NCBI GenBank assembly: GCA_022709665.1 | Contig: JAKLIJ010000001.1 | Coordinates: 2,131-66,130 of the forward strand | Length of the DNA stretch: 64,000 nucleotides | Origin: Bacteroidota bacterium | Lineage (GTDB): Bacteria > Bacteroidota > Bacteroidia > Bacteroidales > VadinHA17 | Reading direction: 5' to 3' | Shown here: positions 50,438 to 59,451 of the stretch, piece after piece | Layout: every line of letters starts with the position of its first letter | Position numbering within the stretch: position 1 is the first letter of the stretch | The notes under the pieces: model-generated | The model's database searches: none | Told to the model about the DNA's origin: nothing | Seen by the model: only the letters and a program-made list of their open reading frames with translations | Made by a program: the position numbers and the translations under genes

Positions 50438-51778
50438 TCAGAGAAGCTGACTTATCTTTTCAACAAGCACAGAAGGCTGAAATGGCTTTGACAGATAATC
50501 GTCAATTCCGGCTGAAAGACACTTTTCCCTGTCGCCGATCATGGCATTTGCAGTTATTGCAATAATAGGCACACGTTTTCCCGAACCGGCTTCCATCTCA
50601 CGGATCTTTTCGGCTGCCATTATTCCGTCCATTACCGGCATAACGATATCCATCAGGATCAGGTCGTAGTCCGATTCCTTCAGTCTGGATAAAGCCTCGC
50701 TGCCGTTCGTGGCTGTGTCGATGCTGCTTACAAGAGGGCTGAGGGTAAGCAGCGTTATCTTCTGGTTAATAAGATTATCTTCTACCAGAAGTATCCTGGC
50801 ATCCTTCATTTGCTTACGGACTCTTTCCTTTTCAACGACAGCCTGGCTTTGCTGATGGCCGGGAAGGATCTGGCCTGAAGCGGGACTGGCAAAAGGCATT
50901 CTTATATTCAGAACTGAAAAATTGTCACCCTGTTCCTGACTGTAGGTTCCTTTTTTTCTGGATATAAGCTTCGAGGCAAGCTGCCCGGACCCGCTTTCAT
51001 GATCAATGAACCTGATCTTTCTGTCGGTCTGTATCCTCAGGTCTATATTGTTTACATGTTCCGACTGTTTTTCCTTCTTCACACTGATGTTTACTTTCAC
51101 AGGCATTCCCGAGCCACGGGCTTCAATGGTATTGAAAATATCGAGAAGGATCTGTTTGATCACAATGGGATCGCCGCTGCATTCATATTCATTATAGTCC
51201 TTTTTACTGAAAATGAAGTCGAGGTTCGCTTTCTCCTTCTGCCTGAAAAGGTCGATTGTATTCTGTATTGTCGAGAGCATGTTGTACCTTATGGGTTTGC
51301 GTGAAATGAAGCTTGTGTTCCCTGCCGATTCCATTGTTAATTCATTAACAATAGTGGCCATGTTGTTTGTTGAGGCGACGAAGGTCTCAACCAGTTCCTT
51401 CTGTTTTTTCTGCAGTTCGGTGTTGAGAAGAAGGTCGGAGATAACTACCAGGTTATTCAGCGGTTCACGTATCCTGTGAGAGAATCCTGAAATAACGTCC
51501 TCTTTCTTTTCGCTTGAGGAAGATGCTTCTTCCATCGATTCCCTGATGGCCCGGAAAAGGGCTCCGGATTTTCTGGAGACAAGTATCACCAGTGTCGCTC
51601 CTGAGATAATAAGTATCCCGGACAGCAGACGGGCGCCGAACGACAGGAGAACAATCGAAAGGATGAGGCAGATAAGAGAGATTATTGAATAAACTTCGAT
51701 CAGGTTCTTTTTCCGGGTAAATTCCTCCCGGGAATATTGAACTCTGTAATCAGCTGAACCATTACCGTTTATTTCCAT
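50438..51778 (-). CDS. Membrane-anchored hybrid sensor histidine kinase / response regulator
   Basis: 446 aa with 2 TM segments near the N-terminus and an H-box [12 protein letters not shown]. The C-terminal receiver is [11 protein letters not shown]...[14 protein letters not shown]...YLSKPF. The ATP-binding-domain G1/G2 boxes are not recognisable. Confidence 0.8.
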   Translation of the reverse strand: MEINGNGSADYRVQYSREEFTRKKNLIEVYSIISLICLILSIVLLSFGARLLSGILIISGATLVILVSRKSGALFRAIRESMEEASSSSEKKEDVISGFSHRIREPLNNLVVISDLLLNTELQKKQKELVETFVASTNNMATIVNELTMESAGNTSFISRKPIRYNMLSTIQNTIDLFRQKEKANLDFIFSKKDYNEYECSGDPIVIKQILLDIFNTIEARGSGMPVKVNISVKKEKQSEHVNNIDLRIQTDRKIRFIDHESGSGQLASKLISRKKGTYSQEQGDNFSVLNIRMPFASPASGQILPGHQQSQAVVEKERVRKQMKDARILLVEDNLINQKITLLTLSPLVSSIDTATNGSEALSRLKESDYDLILMDIVMPVMDGIMAAEKIREMEAGSGKRVPIIAITANAMIGDREKCLSAGIDDYLSKPFQPSVLVEKISQLL

Positions 51779-51931
51779 TGTATTTAGTCAGGTGTATTGC
51801 AGAATTGTGAACACAAATATAATTGATGATAAATATCCATACCATGATATAACGTTACTATGCAGGAAAATCTTATTTTTGTTTTTGTGGTATAATTTTT
51901 GATCCTCGGGATATATAAACCAACGGCCAAT

Positions 51932-52708
51932 ATGAAGACGATAATCAGGGTTTTGCTGATGCTTGCGGTGATTGCTGCCGGCGGAGCCTTTTATCCGGCT
52001 GCCGGGCAGGAAAATAACGGGATGGTCGAATATACCCCCGACTTCCGGTTCAATGACGGCATTTATCTGAATTTTGACCAGGTCAAAACCAACAGTCCGA
52101 TTCCGAAAGCAAAGATACTGACTTCCACAGATTACAATGACAAGGATTTTTTCAAGAATCTGCTGGAATCTGAAAAGATATATTTCTACGACGGAATGGG
52201 AGTCAGGCAGGAAATTGACAAGTCGGAGATGTGGGCATTTGCCAGGAACGGCATACTGTACGTTCAGGTGCAGGGGAATTTCAACAGGATAACTTTTATC
52301 GGAAGTATCTGCCATTTTGTGGCTGATGTGACATCTTACGACAACCGGTATTACTCTCCTTACGGTTATTATGATCCTTACATGTCATATCCCTATTACA
52401 GGTATCCTTACAGCCTCTACAGCCCATATTCCTACGGGAACTACTATTCCCCCTACGGAGGTTATTATTCTCCCTACAGAAATAATATGAGCCGAAATGA
52501 GTTGCGACAGTATCTTATTGATTTCGAGACGGGAAATGTGCTGGAATATGATGTTGAGAATACAGAACTGCTGCTTATGAAGGACCAGGAACTGTACGAG
52601 GAATACATGCATCTCGCAAGAAAAAAGAGAAAGGATTTAATGTTTGTTTACATACGTAAGTTTAACGAAAGGAATCCTCTGTATATTCCGTCAAACCAGG
52701 GACTTTAA
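51932..52708 (+). CDS. Secreted hypothetical protein with Tyr/Pro/Ser-rich low-complexity insert
   Basis: ATG at 51932 (MKTIIRVLLMLAVIAAGGAFYPAAGQ signal peptide) is preferred over the TTG at 51899. The insert is YDNRYYSPYGYYDPYMSYPYYRYPYSLYSPYSYGNYYSPYGGYYSPYR. Confidence 0.7.
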   Translation: MKTIIRVLLMLAVIAAGGAFYPAAGQENNGMVEYTPDFRFNDGIYLNFDQVKTNSPIPKAKILTSTDYNDKDFFKNLLESEKIYFYDGMGVRQEIDKSEMWAFARNGILYVQVQGNFNRITFIGSICHFVADVTSYDNRYYSPYGYYDPYMSYPYYRYPYSLYSPYSYGNYYSPYGGYYSPYRNNMSRNELRQYLIDFETGNVLEYDVENTELLLMKDQELYEEYMHLARKKRKDLMFVYIRKFNERNPLYIPSNQGL

Positions 52709-53554
52709 ATGAAGAAAATTTTTTTGTCGGTTCTGCTGGCAGTATTCTGCGGATTGTTGCCCGGGCAGGCGCCTTTTCCCACAAGCAGCGAAATCAGACA
52801 GTTCATGGCATCAAAGACATGTGTTGTTCTTGAAAGCGGTAACACAGTTTATAATGCCTATATCCGTAAGGCAGTTACAGAGTACTGGACCGTTACTCCT
52901 TACGAATTCATCAGTCTGAGCGATTTTGATTCAAAACGCGCCGATCCTTCCTTTTCCTTCCTGATCCTTACCGAAACACAACCTTCCAACGACAAGTCAG
53001 GATCGTCATATAATTTTTTAAACCTTCTCCAGGGGAAGAATGTCCCTGAGCTTGGAAAAATGCCTGAGATATCTGCAATTCCCCTTTCAGCCGGAGGAGA
53101 GGACGATCTGGAATACGGTTATAAACTGGGTGCAATATTGCTTTTCATGCAGAATCATGCCAGGCTTATTGCTGAAAACCCGGCTATGATAGGCCGGAGG
53201 TTCCTGAGCTATTACAACAGGTTCACCCCCGAGGTAAGGAGCAGGAAGATACTTTCAACTGAAGCAGACCTTTCTTCCGGCCTCGGCTCCATAGATAAAA
53301 TTAAATCAGTCTACCCCTACGATTTCGAAATTGTTTCCGAAGATGATATTGTCAGGGCCATTCGTGAAAAGGCGCCAAATACACTGATCCTTCATAAAGT
53401 GGGCCCCGGTGAGGATGCTGATGCAGGATTTTGCTACAAGATGCTTTTTGGGACCGACGATTCAGGTTTGTACTACTTCGATCAGCACAGGATAGATAAA
53501 AATAATCCCAACGGACTGCTCCCTTCGGACCTGAAGCGTTTTCTCAGACCCTGA
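52709..53554 (+). CDS. Secreted hypothetical protein
   Basis: 281 aa with a signal peptide. Its ATG directly abuts the upstream stop (taaATG at 52706-52711), suggesting translational coupling. No family recognised. Confidence 0.7.
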   Translation: MKKIFLSVLLAVFCGLLPGQAPFPTSSEIRQFMASKTCVVLESGNTVYNAYIRKAVTEYWTVTPYEFISLSDFDSKRADPSFSFLILTETQPSNDKSGSSYNFLNLLQGKNVPELGKMPEISAIPLSAGGEDDLEYGYKLGAILLFMQNHARLIAENPAMIGRRFLSYYNRFTPEVRSRKILSTEADLSSGLGSIDKIKSVYPYDFEIVSEDDIVRAIREKAPNTLILHKVGPGEDADAGFCYKMLFGTDDSGLYYFDQHRIDKNNPNGLLPSDLKRFLRP

Positions 53555-53601
53555 AATGCAGCAACCACTCAGTAAAAGCGTCTTTTAGAAAAAGAATTAT
53601 C

Positions 53602-53958
53602 ATGAAAGATATAAGAGAACTGTCGGAAAGCGAAAGGAACTGGGCAATGCTTTGCCATCTGGCAGCTTTTGCCGGATATTTTTTCCCTTTCGGAGGCATA
53701 CTTGGACCGCTCATCTGCTGGCTGTCTAAAAAGGATGAGTCGCAATGGGTGAACTTCAACGGGAAACAGGCCCTGAATTTCCAGCTTTCAATTCTGTTAT
53801 ACATGGTCCTTGCAGTTCCTCTCTGCTTCATTATTGTGGGTATTCCCATTCTGATATTCCTCGGCTTCCTCGAAGTGATATGTATTGTCATAGCAAGCGT
53901 TAAAGCATCAAAAGGCGAAGAATTCAGGTATCCTCTGAATATCCCTTTCATTCAGTAA
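53602..53958 (+). CDS. DUF4870-like small membrane protein
   Basis: 118 aa. The pattern ..SE.ERNWAMLCHLAAFAG.......GPLI.WL.KKDES..V...GK.ALNFQLS followed by 2 further TM segments matches the DUF4870 pattern as I recall it. Confidence 0.75.
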   Translation: MKDIRELSESERNWAMLCHLAAFAGYFFPFGGILGPLICWLSKKDESQWVNFNGKQALNFQLSILLYMVLAVPLCFIIVGIPILIFLGFLEVICIVIASVKASKGEEFRYPLNIPFIQ

Positions 53959-54029
53959 TATTTTTGTGAAGGACAAGGTTTGTCAGGTCAGAAATTTGTA
54001 TATTTCTAATCTGATTAACCTGTTCCGTC

Positions 54030-54893
54030 ATGAAGAAAGACAATAAGGAAAAGAAGACCAGGGTAGAGGTTTTCGAAAAGAAGGATCTCTATCACGACAT
54101 CAAGGCTGAGAAGCATGAGAAGATGGGGAATACCGAGTACCTGAAAGAACTCAGGAACCTCGAGATCGAGCTTGTCAAGCTTCAGGAATGGGTGAAAGCC
54201 AACAGGCTCAAGGTTGTTGCTGTTTTTGAAGGCCGTGATGCTGCAGGCAAGGGTGGTGTCATAAAAACCATTGCAGGCTGCCTGAATCCAAGAATCTGTC
54301 GGATCGTAGCTCTCGGTGTACCCACGGAAAAAGAAAAGTCACAGTGGTATTTCCAGAGATATGTATCTGAGCTTCCCTCAGGAGGCGAGATAGTCCTGTT
54401 CGACAGGAGCTGGTACAACAGGGCAGGAGTTGAAAAGGTGATGGGCTTCTGCACGGACGAGGAATATGAAGAGTTCCTCCGCTCGTGCCCGGAGTTTGAG
54501 AGAATGCTTATCAGGTCGGGAATTATATTGATCAAGTACTGGTTCTCCATAAGCGACAAGGAACAGGAAAAGAGGTTCCAGGACAGGATAAAGGACCCCA
54601 CAAAGCGCTGGAAGATAAGCCAGATGGATGTGGAATCGCGCGAAAAATGGGTAGAATATTCAATGGCCAAGGACAAGATGTTCTCATACACCGATACCCG
54701 CCAGTCGCCCTGGTTTGTAGTTCCGGCTGACGACAAGAGAAGAGCCAGACTGAACTGCATTGACCACCTGCTCTCGATGATCCCATATAAAGATCTTACT
54801 CAGAAATCAATCAAGCTTCCTCCCCTGAAACATGAGGTGGCCTATGTAAGACCACCTATTACCGAACAGAATTTCGTTCCGGAGAAGTACTAG
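54030..54893 (+). CDS. Polyphosphate kinase 2 family protein
   Basis: 287 aa, ..[13 protein letters not shown] (Walker A), ..[16 protein letters not shown], ..WF..S..EQ..RF. These are PPK2 signatures. Confidence 0.9.
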   Translation: MKKDNKEKKTRVEVFEKKDLYHDIKAEKHEKMGNTEYLKELRNLEIELVKLQEWVKANRLKVVAVFEGRDAAGKGGVIKTIAGCLNPRICRIVALGVPTEKEKSQWYFQRYVSELPSGGEIVLFDRSWYNRAGVEKVMGFCTDEEYEEFLRSCPEFERMLIRSGIILIKYWFSISDKEQEKRFQDRIKDPTKRWKISQMDVESREKWVEYSMAKDKMFSYTDTRQSPWFVVPADDKRRARLNCIDHLLSMIPYKDLTQKSIKLPPLKHEVAYVRPPITEQNFVPEKY

Positions 54894-54899
54894 GAATTG

Positions 54900-55096
54900 T
54901 CGTGCAGTCGTGCAGTCGTGCAGTCGTGCAGTCATGGAGTCATGCAGGGACCGCAAGACCGCAAGACCGCAAGACCGCAGGACCGAAGGACCGCAAGACC
55001 GCAGGACCGAAGGACCGCAAGACCGCAGGACCGAAGGACCGCAAGACCGCAGGACCGAAGGACCGCAAGACCGCAAGACTGCAAGACCGCACGACC
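54900..55096. repeat. Bipartite 8-bp tandem repeat array: (tcgtgcag)x6 then (gaccgcaa)x18 with a 24-bp higher-order unit
   Basis: Read directly. Units run every 8 nt from 54900 to 54947 (the last two are tcatggag and tcatgcag) and from 54949 to 55092. Units 3-14 of the second block form (gaccgcaa gaccgcag gaccgaag)x4. Confidence 0.97.
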
Positions 55097-55153
55097 TTCA
55101 TGTCTTTCCCCTTTTTTTTCCTACTTTTGCCTTTTGTCTTTTATCTTAATAAA

Positions 55154-56515
55154 ATGAAGCCTTCAATCCCAAAAGGAACCCGCGACTTTTCACCTGAAGA
55201 GATGATGAAACGGGACAGCATTTTTGAGACTATCAAAAAGGTTTTCAGGTACTATGGATACCAGCCGATCGAGACTCCCGCAATGGAAAACCTGTCGACC
55301 CTTCTCGGAAAATACGGGGAAGAAGGTGACAAGCTTCTGTTCAGGATTCTCAACTCAGGGGATTTCCTTTCAGGTTTAAGTGACGAGCAACTTCTTGGAA
55401 GAGAGGTAAATAAGTTATCCTTAAGCATGTGCGAACGGGGACTCAGGTATGACCTCACAGTGCCATTCGCACGTTATGTAGTTCAGCATCGTGATGATAT
55501 TGTGTTTCCGTTCAAGAGGTACCAGATACAACCGGTATGGAGGGCCGACCGGCCCCAGAAGGGAAGATACCGTGAATTCACCCAGTGCGACGCCGATGTA
55601 ATAGGCAGCGATTCCCTTCTCAATGAATATGAACTGATAAGGATCATCGATGATATCTTCAGGGATCTGGGAATAGCCATCGTGATCAAGATCAACAACA
55701 GGAAGATACTGTCGGGCATTGCTGAGATAATAGGCGAATCGGGAAGGATCACCGATATCACTGTTGCGATCGATAAACTTGAAAAAATCGGGATAGATGC
55801 AGTAAATGAGGAGCTTAAGGATAAGGGTGTGTCATCTGAAGCCATCGGCAGGTTGCAGCCTATTCTGAAGCTTAAGGGAAGCACTGAGGAAAAGCTGTCG
55901 GAGCTTGAAACAACCCTTTCAGCATCGGAGGCAGGGCTTAAGGGAATTGAGGAAATGAGGAAGCTTTTCTCTTACATTGCATCTACGCCTCTGACGGCAA
56001 TGAATGAACTTGACCTTACGCTTGCAAGGGGGCTGAATTATTACACCGGGGCCATCATTGAAGTCAAGGCCCGTGATGCAAGCATTGGAAGCATATGCGG
56101 CGGCGGGCGCTATGATAACCTTACGGGAGTTTTCGGCCTGGAGGGAGTCTCGGGAGTGGGCGTCTCGTTCGGAGCCGACCGGATTTATGATGTAATGACT
56201 CAGCTTAATCTGTTCAGCGCCAGTGATGTGGTTCAGACAAAAGTAATGATAGTCAATTTCGGCGAATATGAGGCCGGATATGCCCTGAAAATAAGAAGTA
56301 GTCTGATTGAGAACGGGATAAGCGCCGAAGTCTACCCTGATGCTGCCAAACTGAAAAAACAGATGTCGTATGCCGATTCAAGGAGAATACCATATATTAT
56401 TCTGGCTGGGGATGAAGAGATTAAAGGCAGCATGGTAACACTTAAGACAATGTCGACAGGAGAGCAGAAATTGATGAGTGTTGATGAAGTGGTTGATCTC
56501 CTGCTGAAGGTCTGA
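55154..56515 (+). CDS. hisS: Histidine--tRNA ligase
   Basis: ATG at 55154 gives [17 protein letters not shown].., the normal HisRS N-terminus. It has class II motifs (..FRY....[16 protein letters not shown].., ..GGGRYD.L) and a C-terminal anticodon-binding domain. The 84 upstream in-frame codons of the track ORF are repeat DNA. Confidence 0.93.
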   Translation: MKPSIPKGTRDFSPEEMMKRDSIFETIKKVFRYYGYQPIETPAMENLSTLLGKYGEEGDKLLFRILNSGDFLSGLSDEQLLGREVNKLSLSMCERGLRYDLTVPFARYVVQHRDDIVFPFKRYQIQPVWRADRPQKGRYREFTQCDADVIGSDSLLNEYELIRIIDDIFRDLGIAIVIKINNRKILSGIAEIIGESGRITDITVAIDKLEKIGIDAVNEELKDKGVSSEAIGRLQPILKLKGSTEEKLSELETTLSASEAGLKGIEEMRKLFSYIASTPLTAMNELDLTLARGLNYYTGAIIEVKARDASIGSICGGGRYDNLTGVFGLEGVSGVGVSFGADRIYDVMTQLNLFSASDVVQTKVMIVNFGEYEAGYALKIRSSLIENGISAEVYPDAAKLKKQMSYADSRRIPYIILAGDEEIKGSMVTLKTMSTGEQKLMSVDEVVDLLLKV

Positions 56516-56556
56516 TATATTACTTAAATTTGCATCTGTAATAAAAATATAATCTG

Positions 56557-57654
56557 ATGGCTCTGCAATGCGGCATAATAGGGATCACAAATACCGGCAA
56601 GACAACGATCTTTAACTGTATCTCAAATACCAAAGGTGAAACCAATGCTTACGCATTCAGCGCCACAAAATCGAACATCGGAGTAATCCAGGTGCCCGAC
56701 CCGAGACTGTTTGAGCTTGAAAAGCATCAGACCACGGAAAAGATAGTTCATACCACCGTTGAGATAGTAGATATACCCGGACTTACCAAAGGATCTAACA
56801 AGGGAGAGGGTGTGGGAAACAAGTTTCTGGGCGATATCCGCAACACCGATGCACTGATCCATGTTCTGAGATGTTTCGACGATGAGGCGCTGCCTCATAT
56901 CGACGGATCAGTCGATCCGGTCAGGGATATGGAGACCATCGACTTTGAGCTGCAGGTGAAGGACCTCGAATCGGTGGAAAAGAAACTTCAGCGCCTCGAA
57001 AAACTTATCAGGGCAGGCGACAAGGATGCCAAAAGGGGAGTGGAGGTTCTCGAAAAATACAGGGACCATATTGGGAATTTTCAGAATGCACGCACTCTTG
57101 AAATCAAGGAGGAGGACAGGAAACATATCGACGACCTCTTCCTGCTTACCATGAAACCTGTAATGTATGTCTGCAATGTCGACGGCAAATCAGCCGTCAC
57201 GGGAAACAAGCATGTCGAAAAGGTAATGGAAGCACTTAAGGGGGCTGATGCTGAGGTAATAGTTGTCGCCGGAGCCGTCGAGGCTGAGATAGCCGAGCTT
57301 GAAAGTGAAGCCGACAGACTGGAGTTTCTGAAGGATGCAGGTCTCAGTGAGCCCGGTGTCGACAAGATGGTAAGAGCAGCTTACCGGATGCTCAACCTGC
57401 AGACATTCTTTACCGTGGGTCCGAAGGAAATAAGGGCATGGACCATCAGGAAGGGAATGACGGCTCCCCAGGCGGCCGGAGTGATCCACAGCGACCTCGA
57501 ACGGGGTTTTATCAGGGCCGAAGTGATGAAATACAGCGACTTTGTAACTCTGGGTTCCGAACATGCATGCAAGGAAGCAGGCAGATTCTTTATTGAAGGG
57601 AAAAATTACATAGTTGAAGACGGTGATATCCTCCATATTAGGTTCAATGTCTAA
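56557..57654 (+). CDS. ychF: Redox-regulated ATPase YchF (Obg-family)
   Basis: 365 aa, ..GI.G..N.GKTT.FN, ..E.VDI.GL..G...GEG.GN.FL..IR..DA..HV.R.F, C-terminal TGS domain ..A.T...G..AP.AAG.IHSD.E.GFIRAEV. Confidence 0.93.
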   Translation: MALQCGIIGITNTGKTTIFNCISNTKGETNAYAFSATKSNIGVIQVPDPRLFELEKHQTTEKIVHTTVEIVDIPGLTKGSNKGEGVGNKFLGDIRNTDALIHVLRCFDDEALPHIDGSVDPVRDMETIDFELQVKDLESVEKKLQRLEKLIRAGDKDAKRGVEVLEKYRDHIGNFQNARTLEIKEEDRKHIDDLFLLTMKPVMYVCNVDGKSAVTGNKHVEKVMEALKGADAEVIVVAGAVEAEIAELESEADRLEFLKDAGLSEPGVDKMVRAAYRMLNLQTFFTVGPKEIRAWTIRKGMTAPQAAGVIHSDLERGFIRAEVMKYSDFVTLGSEHACKEAGRFFIEGKNYIVEDGDILHIRFNV

Positions 57655-57662
57655 ACTCGTGA

Positions 57663-59363
57663 ATGTCAAGAAAATCACTGATAATAACTGTTTTACTTTC
57701 ACTCCTGGCAGGCAGGGGATACTCACAGATCATATCGGATAATGGTAAGCTTCTGAAGACTGTCGCCGAAAGGGGACAGGCAGAGGTTGTTATTAAAGTA
57801 AGAGGATTTGATGACATCCGCAGGCTGTCGCGCGATTATTCTATACGATCAGCCGGCGAAAATGAGGTCAGCCTGCTTCTGTCGCCGCTTACAGCCGGAC
57901 TTTTTGTTTCTGAAGGGCGAAGCTACCTGTTGAGAGAAGAACCGGTCATCAAGGGAGAAAGGACTGCGGTCAGCATGGCTGAGGCAATGGAATGGGACAC
58001 TTACCCGACCTTTACCCAGTATGATTCCATTTTGCGTTCGTTTGCTTCACTCTATCCTTCACTCTGCAGGCTCGATACTATTGGAATGTCAGTCAACGGG
58101 AAGGCGGTATTTGTTCTTAAAATATCCGATAACTGCCAGACCGACGAACCGGAGCCTGAAGTATTCTATTCTTCATCAATCCACGGCGACGAGACCGGTG
58201 GTTTTATACTGATGCTCCGACTGGCAGATTATCTTCTCCGGAATTACGGCGCCGGCAACAGGGTGACCAGCCTTGTCGACAACCTTGAGATATGGATCAA
58301 TCCCCTGGCAAATCCCGACGGGACATACAGGAACGGAGATGCGATAAGCTCACCGGTAAGGTTTAATGCTGCAGGCTATGATCTCAACCGTAACTTTCCC
58401 GATCCTGAAGGACCGCAAGTCACCCGGCAAAAGGAGACTGTCGACATGATGAGATTCATGTCGGAACGCCGCTTTGTATTATCGGCTAATTTCCATTCGG
58501 GTGAGGAGGTCGTAAACTATCCCTGGGACCGATGGCCGTACGAACATGCCGACGAGGACTGGTTTTACACTATAAGCAGGGAATGGGCGGATACAGTTCA
58601 CCTTCACTCCCAGGCAGGATATATGGATTACCTCGACAACGGGGTCACAAGAGGCTACAACTGGTATCCCATAAACGGGGGAAGGCAGGACTATGTTACT
58701 TACAACCTTCATGGCCGGGAAGTAACTGTCGAACTGGATGAGGATTACATTACCCCGGCCTCGGAGCTCGACGACCTGTGGGAATCCAATTACAGGTCGA
58801 TGCTCGGCTATCTTGAAAACGCTCTTTACGGCATACGGGGAATAGTCACAGACAAGTACACCGGCAAACCGGTTCCCGCATCCGTCTCTGTAGATGGTCA
58901 TGATAAGGACAATTCACATGTGCTTTGCGATACTGCGACTGGAGTCTTCACCCGCCTTATTTCTGAAGGCCTCTACAACCTTAAACTATCTGCATCAGGA
59001 TACAGGGATACTGTAATCAGTAGTGTAAATGTTGTTGAAGGCGTACAGACAGGGATTGACATACAGATGACTCCGCTGGTGAAACCTCCCGATCCGGAAA
59101 AAATCCTTACCCCATTCTTCTATCCCAATCCCTGCCGCGGCGAGGTGAATGTCTTTCTGCCCGAAGGTCTGGACGGAACCGTGGATGTCAGGGTATTTGA
59201 TTTGTCGGGGAGACTGGTCTTAAGGTCAGTGGCTGAAATGGTTGAGAATGAACCGTTGAAACTCGTTCTGAGCGGCCTGGGCGAAGGAGAGTACATTATT
59301 CTGTTCACCGGATTGTCGACTGGCCGTTCGGCAACCGGAAAGGTCGTTATAGTAATGTTATAA
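57663..59363 (+). CDS. M14-family zinc carboxypeptidase with T9SS (type-A) C-terminal sorting domain
   Basis: 566 aa with a signal peptide. It has ..SSIHGDETGG (HxxE zinc site), ..NRNFPD.., ..ANFHSGEEVVNYPWD, and a C-terminal ~80 aa ..FYPNPC.GEVNV......V.V.D..GR.V, typical of the Por secretion tail. Confidence 0.85.
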   Translation: MSRKSLIITVLLSLLAGRGYSQIISDNGKLLKTVAERGQAEVVIKVRGFDDIRRLSRDYSIRSAGENEVSLLLSPLTAGLFVSEGRSYLLREEPVIKGERTAVSMAEAMEWDTYPTFTQYDSILRSFASLYPSLCRLDTIGMSVNGKAVFVLKISDNCQTDEPEPEVFYSSSIHGDETGGFILMLRLADYLLRNYGAGNRVTSLVDNLEIWINPLANPDGTYRNGDAISSPVRFNAAGYDLNRNFPDPEGPQVTRQKETVDMMRFMSERRFVLSANFHSGEEVVNYPWDRWPYEHADEDWFYTISREWADTVHLHSQAGYMDYLDNGVTRGYNWYPINGGRQDYVTYNLHGREVTVELDEDYITPASELDDLWESNYRSMLGYLENALYGIRGIVTDKYTGKPVPASVSVDGHDKDNSHVLCDTATGVFTRLISEGLYNLKLSASGYRDTVISSVNVVEGVQTGIDIQMTPLVKPPDPEKILTPFFYPNPCRGEVNVFLPEGLDGTVDVRVFDLSGRLVLRSVAEMVENEPLKLVLSGLGEGEYIILFTGLSTGRSATGKVVIVML

Positions 59364-59451
59364 CATTGTTATAACATGCTTTTTTATCATGTTTTGTTTC
59401 GTATCGCGAAAAGATTATTTTTGAGGTTTTCATAAAGAAGTGGAGAAGGAT

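Noticed and set aside
54900-55096. A CRISPR array interpretation of the tandem repeats (also at 8318-8388 and 15324-15354).
   Set aside because: The units are 7-9 bp and directly abutting, with no unique spacers, and there are no cas genes in the window. They are micro/minisatellites, not CRISPRs.
54902-55153. An 84-codon N-terminal extension of hisS (track ORF 54902..56515), the parallel ORFs 54897..55157 and 54910..55149, and the antisense ORF 54807..55076, encoding [15 protein letters not shown]-type repeats.
   Set aside because: These ORFs are open only because the 8-bp repeat has a 24-bp higher-order period. The same DNA is open in four frames at once. HisRS begins normally at [12 protein letters not shown] (ATG 55154), preceded by a promoter-like TAcTTTTG. 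The base unit of 8 bp is not a multiple of 3.
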